DNA of 64,000 nucleotides from Lama guanicoe (GCA_013239625.1 MU056262.1:8532134-8596133), one strand, 5' to 3'; shown: positions 48,273 to 64,000, counted from the first letter of the stretch. Made by a program: numbers and translations. Notes: a model not told the origin generated them from the sequence alone.

Positions 48273-50246
48273 CAGGTTGTTCTGTTAGACTCCTTGCCTA
48301 TATAGACAGAGTCAGGGCTTCTTGGTGCTAGTATCTCTTCCATCTATCTTTGACAAAATCCTAGCTCCTAGACCAAGGGCAAAATTCTCTGTCAGAGAAC
48401 CACTGGACTGGCCCTCAGTTCAGTGGCCTCCCAGTTTCTGGACCATGAGGCAGCAGGGAAGGGGGGAGATGCCCTGCCTCTTCCTTCTGACCTCACCCGA
48501 GGCAACATCCCATCCTTTTCCTAGAAAAATGGGTTCAAGGCCCCACCTCTTGCCCATTAGTCACACTTCTTTACTCTCTGGTCTTTGGCATTTATATATG
48601 GTGGGATAGGAGGGGTGCTGAGTTTCAGCTGTGATGGTTGCTCTGGGAAGGAAAAGTGAGGTGGCCCCAGGTAGCATCCATTTACATGAGGGACAGTAAA
48701 GTTCAGGGGAGGGATGCCAGGAGGAGCGAGGACCATAGCCTTGGATATTGTTTGGGAGGGAGTAGGGACCCTGAGCTCAAAGCAGTGGCTGTGTTTCAGA
48801 TCTGCCCCCAGACCCTAACCTGAGGGCCAAAACTGGGACAATAACAGGCAGGGGGCCCTCCAGCATCATCCAGTCCTGGCAAGAAAAATGATACCTGATA
48901 ACCCTACCTTGGGTCTGAGCACAGGGGACGTACCTTTTGAGCAACCCACCCCATAACCTTGTGGAAGAAAATATACTAATACTTGTGTGTTTACCCAAAA
49001 CAATAGTTTGGAAACTAACAGGAAATTAGCATTCTTTACCTCTGTTGGGAGAGGGTGAGATTTGGGGTGATTTTTATTTTCATTGAATTTAGCAATATTC
49101 TACTTTATGTAAAATAGACACATTTCTTTTGTATGAAAAATGCAAAATAAATGTATTTTTCTTAAAAAGCAACCCATCCCCCCCAAAAAACCGAGGTAGA
49201 TGACAAGTAGGATGAAGAGCAGTTAAGTCCTGGGGTAGTGGCCCAAGGTGAGAGGAGTGGGAACCTGCCTTCAGATACCCTCTTTCATATCTTCTTAGCC
49301 CCCTAACTTGAGGGTGCTGACTGGGTGGATGTGGTCCTGCCCCAAGGGATGGGTATGTAGGGGCAGTACCCAGCCAGAGTCTGCCAATAGGTCCTGCCTA
49401 GGGGACACTGAAAACCTGGGGGAGGGGGATGCTCTGTCACACTCACTAGTACTGAACAATTAAGAGAAGACAAATAGGTCTGCCGGGCTGGAGGTTGAAG
49501 GTCAGAAAACAGGGTTGAAAAGCGGCCAGGGCCCTTGGCTCCCATCACGCCTTTGGGAACTTCTTTCTGCGTGTCCTTCACAAAAGCCCCTCCTTGGGAA
49601 GTCCCGCGCCACACCCACCCGGAGTCCGCCTCTCTGAGGGCGGGGTTGGGCTAGTTCCTGGGAACTCTTAATTGGAATGAGACTGTGAGGGACACGTGGG
49701 TACCGACTCAAGAAAATATGCCCCTACCACCAGGAGCCAGCCAGCTCAGCGCTCCATTAACACAGCTTAATAGTCCCCGAGTAGCCTCACCTCCGGCCGG
49801 GTTGACAGTGACGGCCTGCGGGCGTGACCCCTCAAAGACAGAAAGGCTGCGAGTCCCTGCATCCTGCTCAGCAGGCCGCTCCCAAACTCTCAAGGAGCGC
49901 TCCCCAGCCTCTTACTAGCCCACCTTCATGCAGGAGTATCGCACTTGGGACCGGCTGGGGAGGGCAAGAAATTTCGGCCCACAGATCTGTTCAGAACCAG
50001 CCCCTCCCCTCCCTCTCACCCACAGGGCACTGCCGCCCCTTGAAAGCCCCTAGCTGGGACAAGGAAGCTGCGGGGGCCAAGGTCCGGACCCTCCCTCCCG
50101 CTTCTCACGGAAACTGCCCAATAGGCCGCAGCTGCCACCTGGCCCGAGGAGCCGCGGGCGATAACCGCGCCTCGCCCATGCTCCTGAGCCAGGATCCGCC
50201 CCTGCTCCTGCCGGCACCGAGAAGCCCACCCACCCTATGCACTAAC

Positions 50247-50319
50247 CTGGCCGCCTCGGCCCGGCTCGGATTCCCACGGCCGCCCGGCTGTACTGGACTC
50301 GCGCTGCTTCCGGGTGTGC
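50247..50319 (-). other. TRADD: TRADD non-coding exon 1
   Basis: On -: GCACACCCGGAAG...GAGGCGGCCAG|GTTAGT donor; would splice to the acceptor at 47275, 8 nt before the ATG. 5' end approximate. Confidence 0.7.
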
Positions 50320-50389
50320 GCGAAGCGCAGGGGCGGTGCCCCAGTCCGAGACGCCCCGTCCGTCCCTGCGTCCCGCCCCCCGGGCTCCC

Positions 50390-50465
50390 TGCGGTTCCTT
50401 CCCGCCACTGTCCGCTGCTGCCAGTCCCCAGCCTCTGAGCAAAGCCCACCTGGTCCACTGAGCAG
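50390..50465 (+). other. FBXL8: FBXL8 non-coding exon 1
   Basis: Strong donor GAGCAG|GTAAGA at 50465/50466 inside the CpG island; start approximate. Confidence 0.65.
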
Positions 50466-51264
50466 GTAAGACCCCAGCGCCCGAGGTTAGACGGCAGGAA
50501 GAACTGCCTGCGTCAAGTGATTTCGAAGACTTAGGGCTCTTATGAGACCGGAGGGCCCTATGGTGGGAGTGCTCCTCTTTCTACAGCGGAGAACGGAGTA
50601 CGGACGGATCAACAAGGGGGCGCCCCGTGGGGACCAGATTTTTCTGATGCCTTCTGGGTGGTCGAGCTCGAAGATCTCTGATCTGTACTAGTCCTTGACG
50701 CTCAGAACGGGATGCGGATGGGTCCCAGGCTCAAGCCTGGCTGAGCGTGTCAGAAGCCATAGAAGACACTAGGCGCAAATTCCAGCAGGGGTTGTTGGCC
50801 TAGAAAATCTGGGGAAATAGAAAACTGGCAAGTGGTGTAAGACGATGTGCAGGAAAACCTTCAAACGCCTTCAAATAAAATTGGCAACTTCAAAGAGGAC
50901 GCACACTTTCTAACAAAGGCCGCAGTCTGAGGTGGGTGTGCGCAATTCCAGTTGAGCCTAAACCGCCCCACGGGAGCCGGGGCTACTCGGGGGTCAGGAT
51001 CAGAACTTGTACCCAGGGTCCCTCAAGCCCCAGAACTTCAAGCTTTTCTCTGCCCCGCCGGCCTTTCATAGGAAGCACCCAGGACATCTCCCCGGCGAAG
51101 TGGAGGAAGGGAAGGAACTTCCCTTCTCGGAGCGGATTCAGCAGTGCACCACCCGCACCCCTGCTTCCTGATTGGCTTGTGGTCCCGACCAATTAAATGT
51201 TTTCCCAAATACTCCCGCCCTATTAACTCTTATCTTCACTCTCAATAGTGACTGGCTGGGCTAG

Positions 51265-51437
51265 GACGGGGTTTCTCAACTTGGGACCTGTGGAATCCAC
51301 CCCTACTTGTTGAAATTCAGATTCCTGAGCCCTACTTTTTTTTTCTGAGAGCCTGATTTAGGCGGTGGGGCCATGGAATCTGCATTGTGAGCAAGTGTCC
51401 GGGTGATTCTGATGCCCAGCGCCCTTTGAGAAGCCGT
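51265..51437. mobile_element. MER5A-like hAT DNA transposon
   Basis: GTTTCTCAAC..CAGATTCCTGAGCCC..GGAATCTGCATT..GGGTGATTCTGATGC..TTTGAGAA with terminal inverted remnants. Confidence 0.7.
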
Positions 51438-51838
51438 CATTTCAATGGCTCTTGCAATGTTTGGGCTCAGTCCTTCCCTAGTACTCAGGGTCGAAGTTCG
51501 GAGGGAAACAGTTCAGTGAGCCCTGTGAGACTAGTCTAGGCCGTCATGTGGCTCTGAGCATACATAGAAGGAGGCAAGAGGAGATGAGACGGGCCCTCTG
51601 AGCTGGGAGGAGGACATCGTTATCTAGAGTCAGGGCCTTGTGCAGCTGCCCTCCAATTTCCTCAGGGAAGGTTTGGTAACTGGGGAAAAGATCCAATAGC
51701 ATCGTCCAAAATCCAGGTATTCACCTTTATCAACCTCGCACACAAGTCGTGGTGAGTTCCTTTTAATATAGCATAAAATGTGAATTTGTTCAACAAGTGA
51801 GAGTGTAGTTTAAAGGAGAATCAGAAATCCTCAGCATC

Positions 51839-52013
51839 CAGGACTGACTTCGTGGGTCTGAGACCAGTGCAGCTGCACAGGGCCCCACACTTGGCTTAAT
51901 AACTTGGTTAAATGCTCTGCTATCACTGTCTTGGAATCCTTAATAATGTTTTGAACAAAGAGACCTGCATTTTCATTTTGCACTAGGCTCTGCAAATTAT
52001 TTAGCAGCTCCTC
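51839..52013 (+). mobile_element. MER91A-like hAT-Tip100 element
   Basis: CAGGACTGACTTCGTGGG..GCACAGGGCCCC..TAAATGCTCTGCT..CTTAATAAT..TGAACAA..GCATTTTCATTTTGCACT..GCAAATTAT follows the MER91A consensus as recalled. Confidence 0.75.
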
Positions 52014-52133
52014 GGCCACAAGGATTTCTACACATAGTCTCCAGTTATTCCGCTCAATTTTGGCCTTCCTGAGCCCAGGGACGTCCCTCTCTCTCCAGGT
52101 GGGAGCAGTGGAGCCCCCAGCCCCTGCCTGGCC

Positions 52134-53860
52134 ATGGCGGAGCCTGGAGAACAGCTGCCAGAGGAGGTGCTGGCGCTCATCTTCCGCCATCTGCCCCTGC
52201 AGGGCCGCGCCAATGCCGCGAGGGTCTGCAAAGCCTGGGCTGCCGCTGCCACCTGCAGCGCTGTGTGGCACGACACAAACATCAGGTGAACCAGCTTTTC
52301 ACCCTCCTATCTTCTCCCTGTCTCAGTGGAGTCGGATTGGGTAGATGCAGTGACTCTCCCCATATTAAAAAGCATAATCACTTCTAACACTTATTGTTCA
52401 CCTACTATATATCAACCATTGTTCTAAGTACATTACATATATTAATTTATTTAATCCTCATGAAAACCTTATAGATAGACGGTATTATTATCTCCATTGA
52501 ACAGATAGGAAAATGAGGCGGAAGATCTAATCACTTCCTCACTCAGCTGAGAAGTGGCACAGCCAGATCGTGAACCTACCACCCAGAGGCCACGCTCCGC
52601 CTCCTTAAAGACTGTGAGGAAAACCCAGTTCCTAAAATATCATTGGCTCTCCCTGGCACGGTTTCAACTAGTGGCAGATGCATCTGAAGTCTTCTAAAGG
52701 AATAGGATGGGAGTTCCCTCCTAGTATCAACTTGGAGCGACCAGGCATGGTCAGGACAGGAATGTATGTGGGCAGGGCGCAGGAAGTGAGGATGGTAGCT
52801 GGAACCCAGGCTGAGGGGTGGGTAGAGGCTTCTCTCTAGATCTTCGAGACTCGGCTGATGCCTTTTCTCTACCACTTTATCCCCAAGTTGCGAATGTGAG
52901 CTAGAAGGCATGCTGCCACCACATCTGTCCGCCTGCCTGGACCACATTCACAATCTACGGCTGGAATTTGAGCCGTCGAGGGAGCCGAGCCGCCGGGCGG
53001 CCACAGAGTTGCTGACCGCACTGGCGGGCCGTACCCCCGGGCTGCGAGGCCTGTGCCTGGAGTGCCGCGGAGAAAAGCCTCTCTTCGACTCCGGTCGCGA
53101 CGTCCTGGACTCCTTGCACGCCCTCTGTGGGGCCGCCGGCGCACTGCGCCACCTTGACCTGCGGGGATTGCCCTTCACACTGGACGATGCACTGGTGCTG
53201 CAGGTGGCACTCGGCTGCCGCGAGCTCCGCAGTCTTTTCCTGGATAACGGTACGCTGGTGGGCAGCGTGGGGCCTGGCTCGGTGCTGGAGCTACTAGAGG
53301 CATGCCCGCGCCTGCGCGCCCTCGGCCTGCACCTGGCCAGCCTGTCGCGTACCGCGCTCGAGGTACTGGCGGCGCCAGACCGCTCGCCTTTTGAGTTCCT
53401 GGCCCTGCGGTGCGCGTGCCCCGAAGATGCACGCGCGCCCCCCCTGCCTAATGATGCCTGGGCGGCGCTGAGCCGCCGCCACCCTGGACTGGCCGTAGAG
53501 CTGGAGCTGGAGCCCGCGCTGCCTGAGGAAAGCGTGACGCGCGTCCTGCAGCCTGCCGTGCCAGTGGCTGCGCTGCGCCTCAGCCTCTCTGGGGACACCG
53601 TAGGCCCGGTGCGCTTCGCAGCGCACCACTACGCCGCAACTTTGCGCGCGCTCGAGGTGCGCGCCACGTCCTCGGCAGAGCTGGACACCGCGCTGGAGGA
53701 GCTGGCGGCGCGCTGCGCGGAGCTGCGCGAAGTGCACTGCTTTTGCGTAGTGAGAGCCTCAGTGCTGCACTCCTTCCGCGCGCACTGCCCACACCTGCGC
53801 AGCTACACGCTGAAACTAACGCGGGAGCCACATCCCTGGCGGCCCACGCTTGTGGCGTAA
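52134..53860 (+). CDS. FBXL8: F-box and leucine-rich repeat protein 8, 2 coding exons, 374 aa
   Basis: join(52134..52285,52888..53860); strong Kozak GCCATGG; F-box MAEPGEQLPEEVLALIFRHLPLQGRANAARVCKAW; phase-2 junction AG|T gives ..TNISCECELEGMLPP.. into the 316-aa LRR ORF; 1125 nt total. Confidence 0.95.
52380..52600 (-). mobile_element. MIR SINE in FBXL8 intron 2
   Basis: TATTAATTTATTTAATCCTCA..TATTATTATCTCCATT..ACAGATAGGAAAATGAGGC core. Confidence 0.7.
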
Positions 53861-54190
53861 TGGGACAAATCCTCTTTAATCTCCTTGCGGACATGTGGCC
53901 TCTGAGATGTTCCGTGGGTTTACCCAGGGGCGCGCCAGCTGCTAGCCCGCTTCTTTAGAACTCTGTTGCCTTTTGTGCCTCTTGAGGATTGGGGCCTACG
54001 GGATGGCGTAGGGACTAGCTCTGAGCGCCCTGAGTCCACTCGCTCTCAATATCTGCAGACACCTACTGTCCCCACCCTTCCAGGATCACCCTCCTCCAAC
54101 CCCACTCTGCAAAGTTTGCGCTAGCTCGGCGGCCCCAGCATAGGGAAAGGGAGGGCACTGGCGCAAGCCGTGCCTTAAGGGTGAGTGCGA

Positions 54191-54196
54191 AATAAA
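54191..54196 (+). terminator. FBXL8: FBXL8 poly(A) signal
   Basis: Only AATAAA seen between the FBXL8 stop and HSF4, ~330 nt after the stop. Confidence 0.7.
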
Positions 54197-54234
54197 GAAA
54201 TCAAGCAGAATCTCAAGCGTCCTGTGAAAGGCGG

Positions 54235-54696
54235 TGTCGGATCTCAAGGGGGAGGGCAGAGAACCGACATTGGCCAGGGAAGGGGTCCGGACAGAAGTGG
54301 GAGAGTCTCAGACCTCAACGTCTGTTTCTACTGATGTGGCTGTGGGGGGTCAGAGGCGGGGCACTCCCATCTTTGGAATGACAACAACCCAGGGTTCGGC
54401 GGGAGGGTGCCAGCTTCTCCTTTCCCCGCCCCCCACCCCACCCCTCTCTGCCCCTCCTCCAACAATGTCGGATCTCAAGGGGGAGGGCAGAGAACCGACA
54501 TTGGCCAGGGAAGGGGTCCGGACAGAAGTGGGAGAGTCTCAGACCTCAACGTCTGTTTCTACTGATGTGGCTGTGGGGGGTCAGAGGCGGGGCACTCCCA
54601 TCTTTGGAATGACAACAACCCAGGGTTCGGCGGGAGGGTGCCAGCTTCTCCTTTCCCCGCCCCCAACCCCACTCCTATCTGCCCCCCATTCAAGAC
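54235..54696. repeat. 231-bp tandem duplication
   Basis: 54235-54433 is identical to 54466-54664 (199 bp); the last ~32 bp of the two units diverge. Confidence 0.95.
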
Positions 54697-54799
54697 TTCA
54701 CTGCCCTCACGCGATCGCTTTAAAGGATTTTCCCAGCCCACACAGACTGCGCCCGGGCAATTTCTCCCGAAGAGCAAAGAGGAAACAGCGGGTCTGAGA

Positions 54800-59610
<4,811 letters not shown>

Positions 59611-60039
59611 AACCCCCACCACCTGGAAGACAGCCTGGCTGAGGGGTTGGTCGGCAGCAGCACGTTGTGCGCCACTTTCTTGAGCCCCAGGTGGAGGCTG
59701 AGTGAAGCCCTCCTACTCGGAGGCCCCTTTCTAATATGGAGACCTGCATAAAATTGCGTTTTTTTCTGTGTTTCTGGTCTCTTTTCTCTACTGGCCAGGG
59801 AGCACAGAAGTCATGGCAGGGGACGATTTTGCATTCAAAGAAGCATCCACCTGCAGCAAGGCTTAAGGAAACACCCAGAAAGCCAAACACAAAAACAAAA
59901 CCCAAAAACCAAAAGGCAAAGAAGCATCCAGATCCTAGAACTTTAATCTTTTATCAAGGAACCCCTGGAGAGTGGAGGTGCTTGAGGAGCCTGCCCCTAG
60001 TTTTCCTGCTTAGGCCCCTGTCCTCCGGGTCTGGATGCA

Positions 60040-60800
60040 GGGCTGGCGCGCGGTCACTGAGATCGCCGGGAAGAGGGGGCTTTTAGGGTCACACCCAGCT
60101 CCGCAGTGCATCCGCTCTGTGATCCTGCGTAAGCTGGTCTCGTTCTCTGAGCCTTATCTGTGACAAGCAGAGAGGGGTCGATGAGAGAGTAGGTGTAAAA
60201 CGCCTGGGAATTGCTGGGGTATTTGGGGACACCAGCTGAACTGTGTTCTCCCTGACTCACCCAGCGCGCGCGGGGTAGAGAGGGAAAGCCCACTACGTGT
60301 ACGTGCCCAGGCGGTACGCGGCCTCTGCGGCCTGCCTCCCCGCGTCCGGAGAAGAACGCCCCCCTTTCCCCACCCCTTCCCGGTCCCCGGCAGTACTGGC
60401 CGCACCGCAGCTGCTGCTCCCATCCCCACCCCGCCCGGCCCTTTCTGCCTCGTCATCTCCTGGCCCCTCCTGCCCCGCCGAGGCTCGAGGATCGACCCGT
60501 GAGTGGGGCGGCCGGGAGGGCACGGACTGGGAGCCCCACCCCTGCGGCTGGGGGAGGGAAGAGAGACTGACATTAGGCAAAATCCGCGCCCCACCACCAC
60601 CAGCCGCGCCCGAAGGAAGTCTGTGAGACCCTCCCCTCCGCAGGACTCTAGCACTGGGTCTGGGTGGAGGGGACGTAAGGGGTCGCACGAGCGCTAAGGC
60701 TCCGGCACTTTCCCACAACCTTCGCTCCTTAGCAAAAGAACGCGCGCAGCGAGGTAGGAAGGGCGGCCGAGATCCTCCTCTCCGCCTCGCTCCTGGAGCT
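60040..60800 (+). promoter_or_regulatory. NOL3: NOL3 CpG-island promoter with tandem hypoxia-response elements and probable non-coding first exon
   Basis: TACGTGTACGTG at 60294-60305, AP-1 TGACTCA at 60253-60259, donor GACCC|GTGAGT at 60498/60499; a full CRE TGACGTCA lies further on at 61141-61148. Confidence 0.7.
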
Positions 60801-63102
60801 GCCTGGTGCTCCAAGAAGAATCTGAGCTGTGACCATTGAAGGACATAAATTCGGAATTCATTTCTGAGCATTTAGTGTCAGAGGACCCAGACCAGCTGGG
60901 GTCTCTGCAGTCCAAACAGGACAAAGGGCAAGACTTGGATAACGGGAGGAGGAGGCTAATGTGAAAACAACGAGGGGAGGAGTGAGAGAGAAGGAAGGGC
61001 CAATATAAACTGCCCCTTCCCTCTCTGCACCTGTAGAGAGTAGGTTCTGTCCTCTCTCCCTTCCTGGACCTGTGATTGGAGGGGCTGTCTTTGAAAGCCC
61101 CAGGTAAAGAGGCCAGAGGGTCCATGTATATACAGTACAGTGACGTCAGTGAGGGTATATGCTGTTCACTGGGGTGCAGAGGAGAAGGAACCATTCTGCC
61201 TTTGAGACACTCAGGCGTTGTTGTGGACAAGGGGACATCTGAGTCTTGGAGGATGGGCCCACAGCATGGAAGGAGAGAAGGGTATTCCAGGCCTAGGGAA
61301 CAGCATCTGGTTCGGAAGTGCCAGGGGCTTAGCGAGTTCTCCTCGTACTGAGTGATGAAGGGAAGTAGGGGAAAGCCTGGCCATCCATGGGGTGGGAGGT
61401 CACTATAGCTGCCAGGCAGATAGTCTGGATTCTCTCTGATGGCCAGTGGGGGTCGGGCGACAGGTAGTTATGGCTGACATTCTGCTTGGCAGGAGACCTA
61501 TTGTAGTTCAGGCTGGAGCAAGTCAGATTCCAATTCTGTCACTTAGTCTCTCTGAGCCTGTCTCCTTGTTTGTAAAATGGGGACCAGAGCCCAACCTCCA
61601 GGGAGTTGTCAGAGGCACTATTCTGTGGGGGTGATGGGATGGGAGTGAGAGGTACTCAGACAGACTGTGATAGGAGGTGAGGTGACCATGGTGGGGTTGA
61701 GAGAGATGCTGATAGAGACTCAGTGAGAGGAGAGGAGCAGCATTTGTCACAGATGAGACATGAAGGGCGATGGATAGACAAAGGGTATTTCTGGTCCCTG
61801 CTCATGGCCTGGGGTAAGGGCTGACACTTCAGAATGGCTAGGAGGGGTGCAATGACCAGAGAGGCATAACACAACACCAGATAGTGAGAGAGACCTGGGA
61901 GGCAGGATGGGTACTAGGACCAAATTCGCTCTCCCAGACCTAGAGCCAGGTAAGGAGGTAGAGGAGGGACCCTGAAGGAGGTGCTGTATGGACAAACGGA
62001 AGGCCAGGGGAGATGGGCTGAGAGAGGGTGTGGGCCAGGGCCTGACCTATTTGCCCCTTAATGCCAGGGGCCTTGCTGCCTGGGTCAGACCACCCAAAAG
62101 GAGGTGGGCCATTGTCCTTGTTAATAAGTGAACAAAGCAGATTAATTTCTGCCTAACACCTGCTGTTTGGTAGAGACAGTCTCTCAAAATGGGACAGTGC
62201 ATGGAGGAAAACAGTGAAAGTTTGGCATTTGCTGGTAGCTTTTATGAGTTGGGCCCTAGCTACTTCAAGATGAAGGCTGTGAATCATTCCCAGGGCAGCA
62301 AGGAGATAGTCTGGTCTCAGGTGATGTCAGGAGATCTTGGTCAGAGCGAAGACTGGAGTATCCCTCCTCAGATATTAGAGAACCAGGTGAAACCGTGAGA
62401 CCACGTCAGGGTTACAACATGGTGGTGGTATTGGTGGGGGCGGGGCAGGGGCAGGGCCTGTTCTAAACAGAAGGACCTCAAGGTCAGGATAAGGGGTCTG
62501 GACTTCTCTAGCAGGTGAGAGGAGCAGGGGAGGCTCTCAGCACTTTGGGCTCTGGCGGGGGGGATTTGGGGCTCTGCAAAGTCTAGGCTGGAAGTGAAAG
62601 GCTAGACTAAGTAACTGGTGCGGTTGACAGAAATATTCAGCAGATAGCCTGGAAAGGACTTGAATGCAAGCTGAGTGTGTATCGGGATCAATCGTAGGTC
62701 TTTCTGCTCGTTAAGTTCAGGAAGCAGATTGGGAAATAGAAGTTGGTTTGGGATAAACTAGGTCTAAATCCATGGCGGAATCTGCAAGTGGTGGGGGCTC
62801 AGGAGGAAGTCCTGTTTGAGGAGAGCTGTTAGAGGTTCCTGGGATAGTGTAGAGGAGAAGAGAGCCACAGCAGACACTTAGGGAGCGAAGGAGAAGCCTG
62901 AGGAGACAGAAGCGGCGAGAGAGGCTGGAGAATGAGTCCTTCGCTGTGCCGCCGCGGAACTGTCCGGCCGCCGGCCACCGAGGTCGAGGTGAAATTAAAC
63001 CCCAGCCACAGGTGTTACCTGGGGCCCTGGGAAAGAAATCAAGGGCAGGGGAGCTCCGGCCTCCACTACCTATCTACCCCCACCTCCCCTGCAGCCCCCA
63101 CC

Positions 63103-63962
63103 ATGGGCAACGCGCAAGAGAGGCCATCAGAGACGATCGACCGTGAGCGGAAACGCTTAGTCGAAACACTGCAGGCGGACTCAGGGCTGCTGCTGGATGC
63201 GCTTCTGGCACGCGGCGTGCTCACCGGGCCCGAGTACGAGGCTTTGGATGCGTTGCCTGACGCCGAGCGCAGGGTGCGCCGCCTGCTGCTGTTGGTTCAG
63301 AGTAAGGGCGAGGCCGCCTGCCAGGAGCTGCTCAGCTGCGCCCAGCGTACCATGCGTGCGCCTGACCCCGCCTGGGACTGGCAGCACGTGGGCACCGGTG
63401 AGCGCATGGGGGGGCGGGGCCTAGGTCTAAGGAGGACGCATGGCGTGGGGAGGGGCGTGGGGGCACGGAGTTGCGGTCTGCGGAAAAGAACCACACGTGT
63501 GCAGAGGAAAACGCAGTGGGGTAAATTGAGCCTAAGGCAGTCCCACCTTCACAGGCTACCAGGAACGAAGCTACGACCCTCCATGCCCAGGCCACTGGAC
63601 GCCTGAGGCAGCCGGCTCAGGGACCACATGCCCTGGGCTACCTAGAGCTTCAGACTCTGATGAGACCAGGGGTCCTGAGGACTCCGAGGCAGCGCACTCT
63701 GGAACCCTCGAGGAACCCGAGCCGGAGCTAGAAGCTGAGGCCCCTGAAGGGGCTGAGCCGGAGTTAGAACCCCAAATGGATCCGGAGCCAGAGGCAGAGG
63801 TAGAACCAGAGCCGGAACTGGAGCCGGAACCTGACTTCGAGGCAGGAGACGAGTCTGAAGGTGTGTGGTTACCCAAACCTGGCGGGAGGGCGAGGCCTGG
63901 GGGGCGAAGGTCAGGGCTCCACCTGACTGATCACGCCCCTTCCGTTGTCTCTAGATTCCTGA
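63103..63962 (+). CDS. NOL3: Nucleolar protein 3 / apoptosis repressor with CARD (ARC), 3 coding exons, 202 aa
   Basis: join(63103..63397,63555..63860,63955..63962); Kozak ACCATGG, myristoylation-type MGNAQ start, CARD ([34 protein letters not shown]..), CK2 site T149 kept (SGTLEE), Pro/Glu-rich tail, ends ..DESEDS*. Confidence 0.95.
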
Positions 63963-64000
63963 AGGCCATAGCGCTGTCAGGCTGTTCTACACCCTGGCAG

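Larger units (their letters stand above)
50100..50500. promoter_or_regulatory. Bidirectional CpG-island promoter TRADD/FBXL8
   Basis: Divergent first-exon donors at 50246 (-) and 50466 (+); ETS motif CTTCCGG 50307-50313; GC boxes GGGGCGG and CCCGCCCC between them. Confidence 0.8.

Noticed and set aside
49824-50458. 204-aa and 117-aa ORFs across the TRADD/FBXL8 promoter
   Set aside because: GC-rich shadow ORFs with non-ATG starts and no homology I recognise.
52948-53894. Long antisense ORFs within FBXL8 exon 3 (similar ones overlap B3GNT9)
   Set aside because: Expected mirror frames of very GC-rich coding sequence.
54234-54797. 187-aa ORF with an internal 77-aa repeat
   Set aside because: Arises only because the 231-bp duplication is a multiple of 3; GTG start, no recognisable domain.

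Overview
Mammalian genomic DNA, almost certainly camelid (three tRNA-Ala-derived Vic-1-type SINEs), syntenic to human 16q22.1. Gene order: last exon and 3'UTR of CBFB (+); PHAF1/C16orf70 (+, 16 exons, 422 aa, exon 8 inferred inside an N-gap); B3GNT9 (-, single coding exon, 402 aa); TRADD (-, 309 aa); FBXL8 (+, 374 aa, sharing a bidirectional promoter with TRADD); HSF4 (+, 13 coding exons, ~490 aa HSF4b form); NOL3/ARC (+, 202 aa). Exon boundaries were read by hand from GT/AG sites and checked for phase continuity. Orthology and human comparisons are from memory, not from a database search. The left half is AT-rich with many old repeats; the right half is CpG-island-rich. There are four N-gaps. 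I find no support for a new multi-gene system. The most unusual signals are: a perfect 20-bp L2-derived hairpin with pri-miRNA-like geometry in PHAF1 intron 8; a strong splice donor 10 nt before the FBXL8 poly(A) signal; a 231-bp tandem duplication upstream of HSF4 (possibly an assembly artefact); an upstream ATG opening a 100-aa ORF overlapping HSF4; and a truncated NOP30 frame in NOL3.
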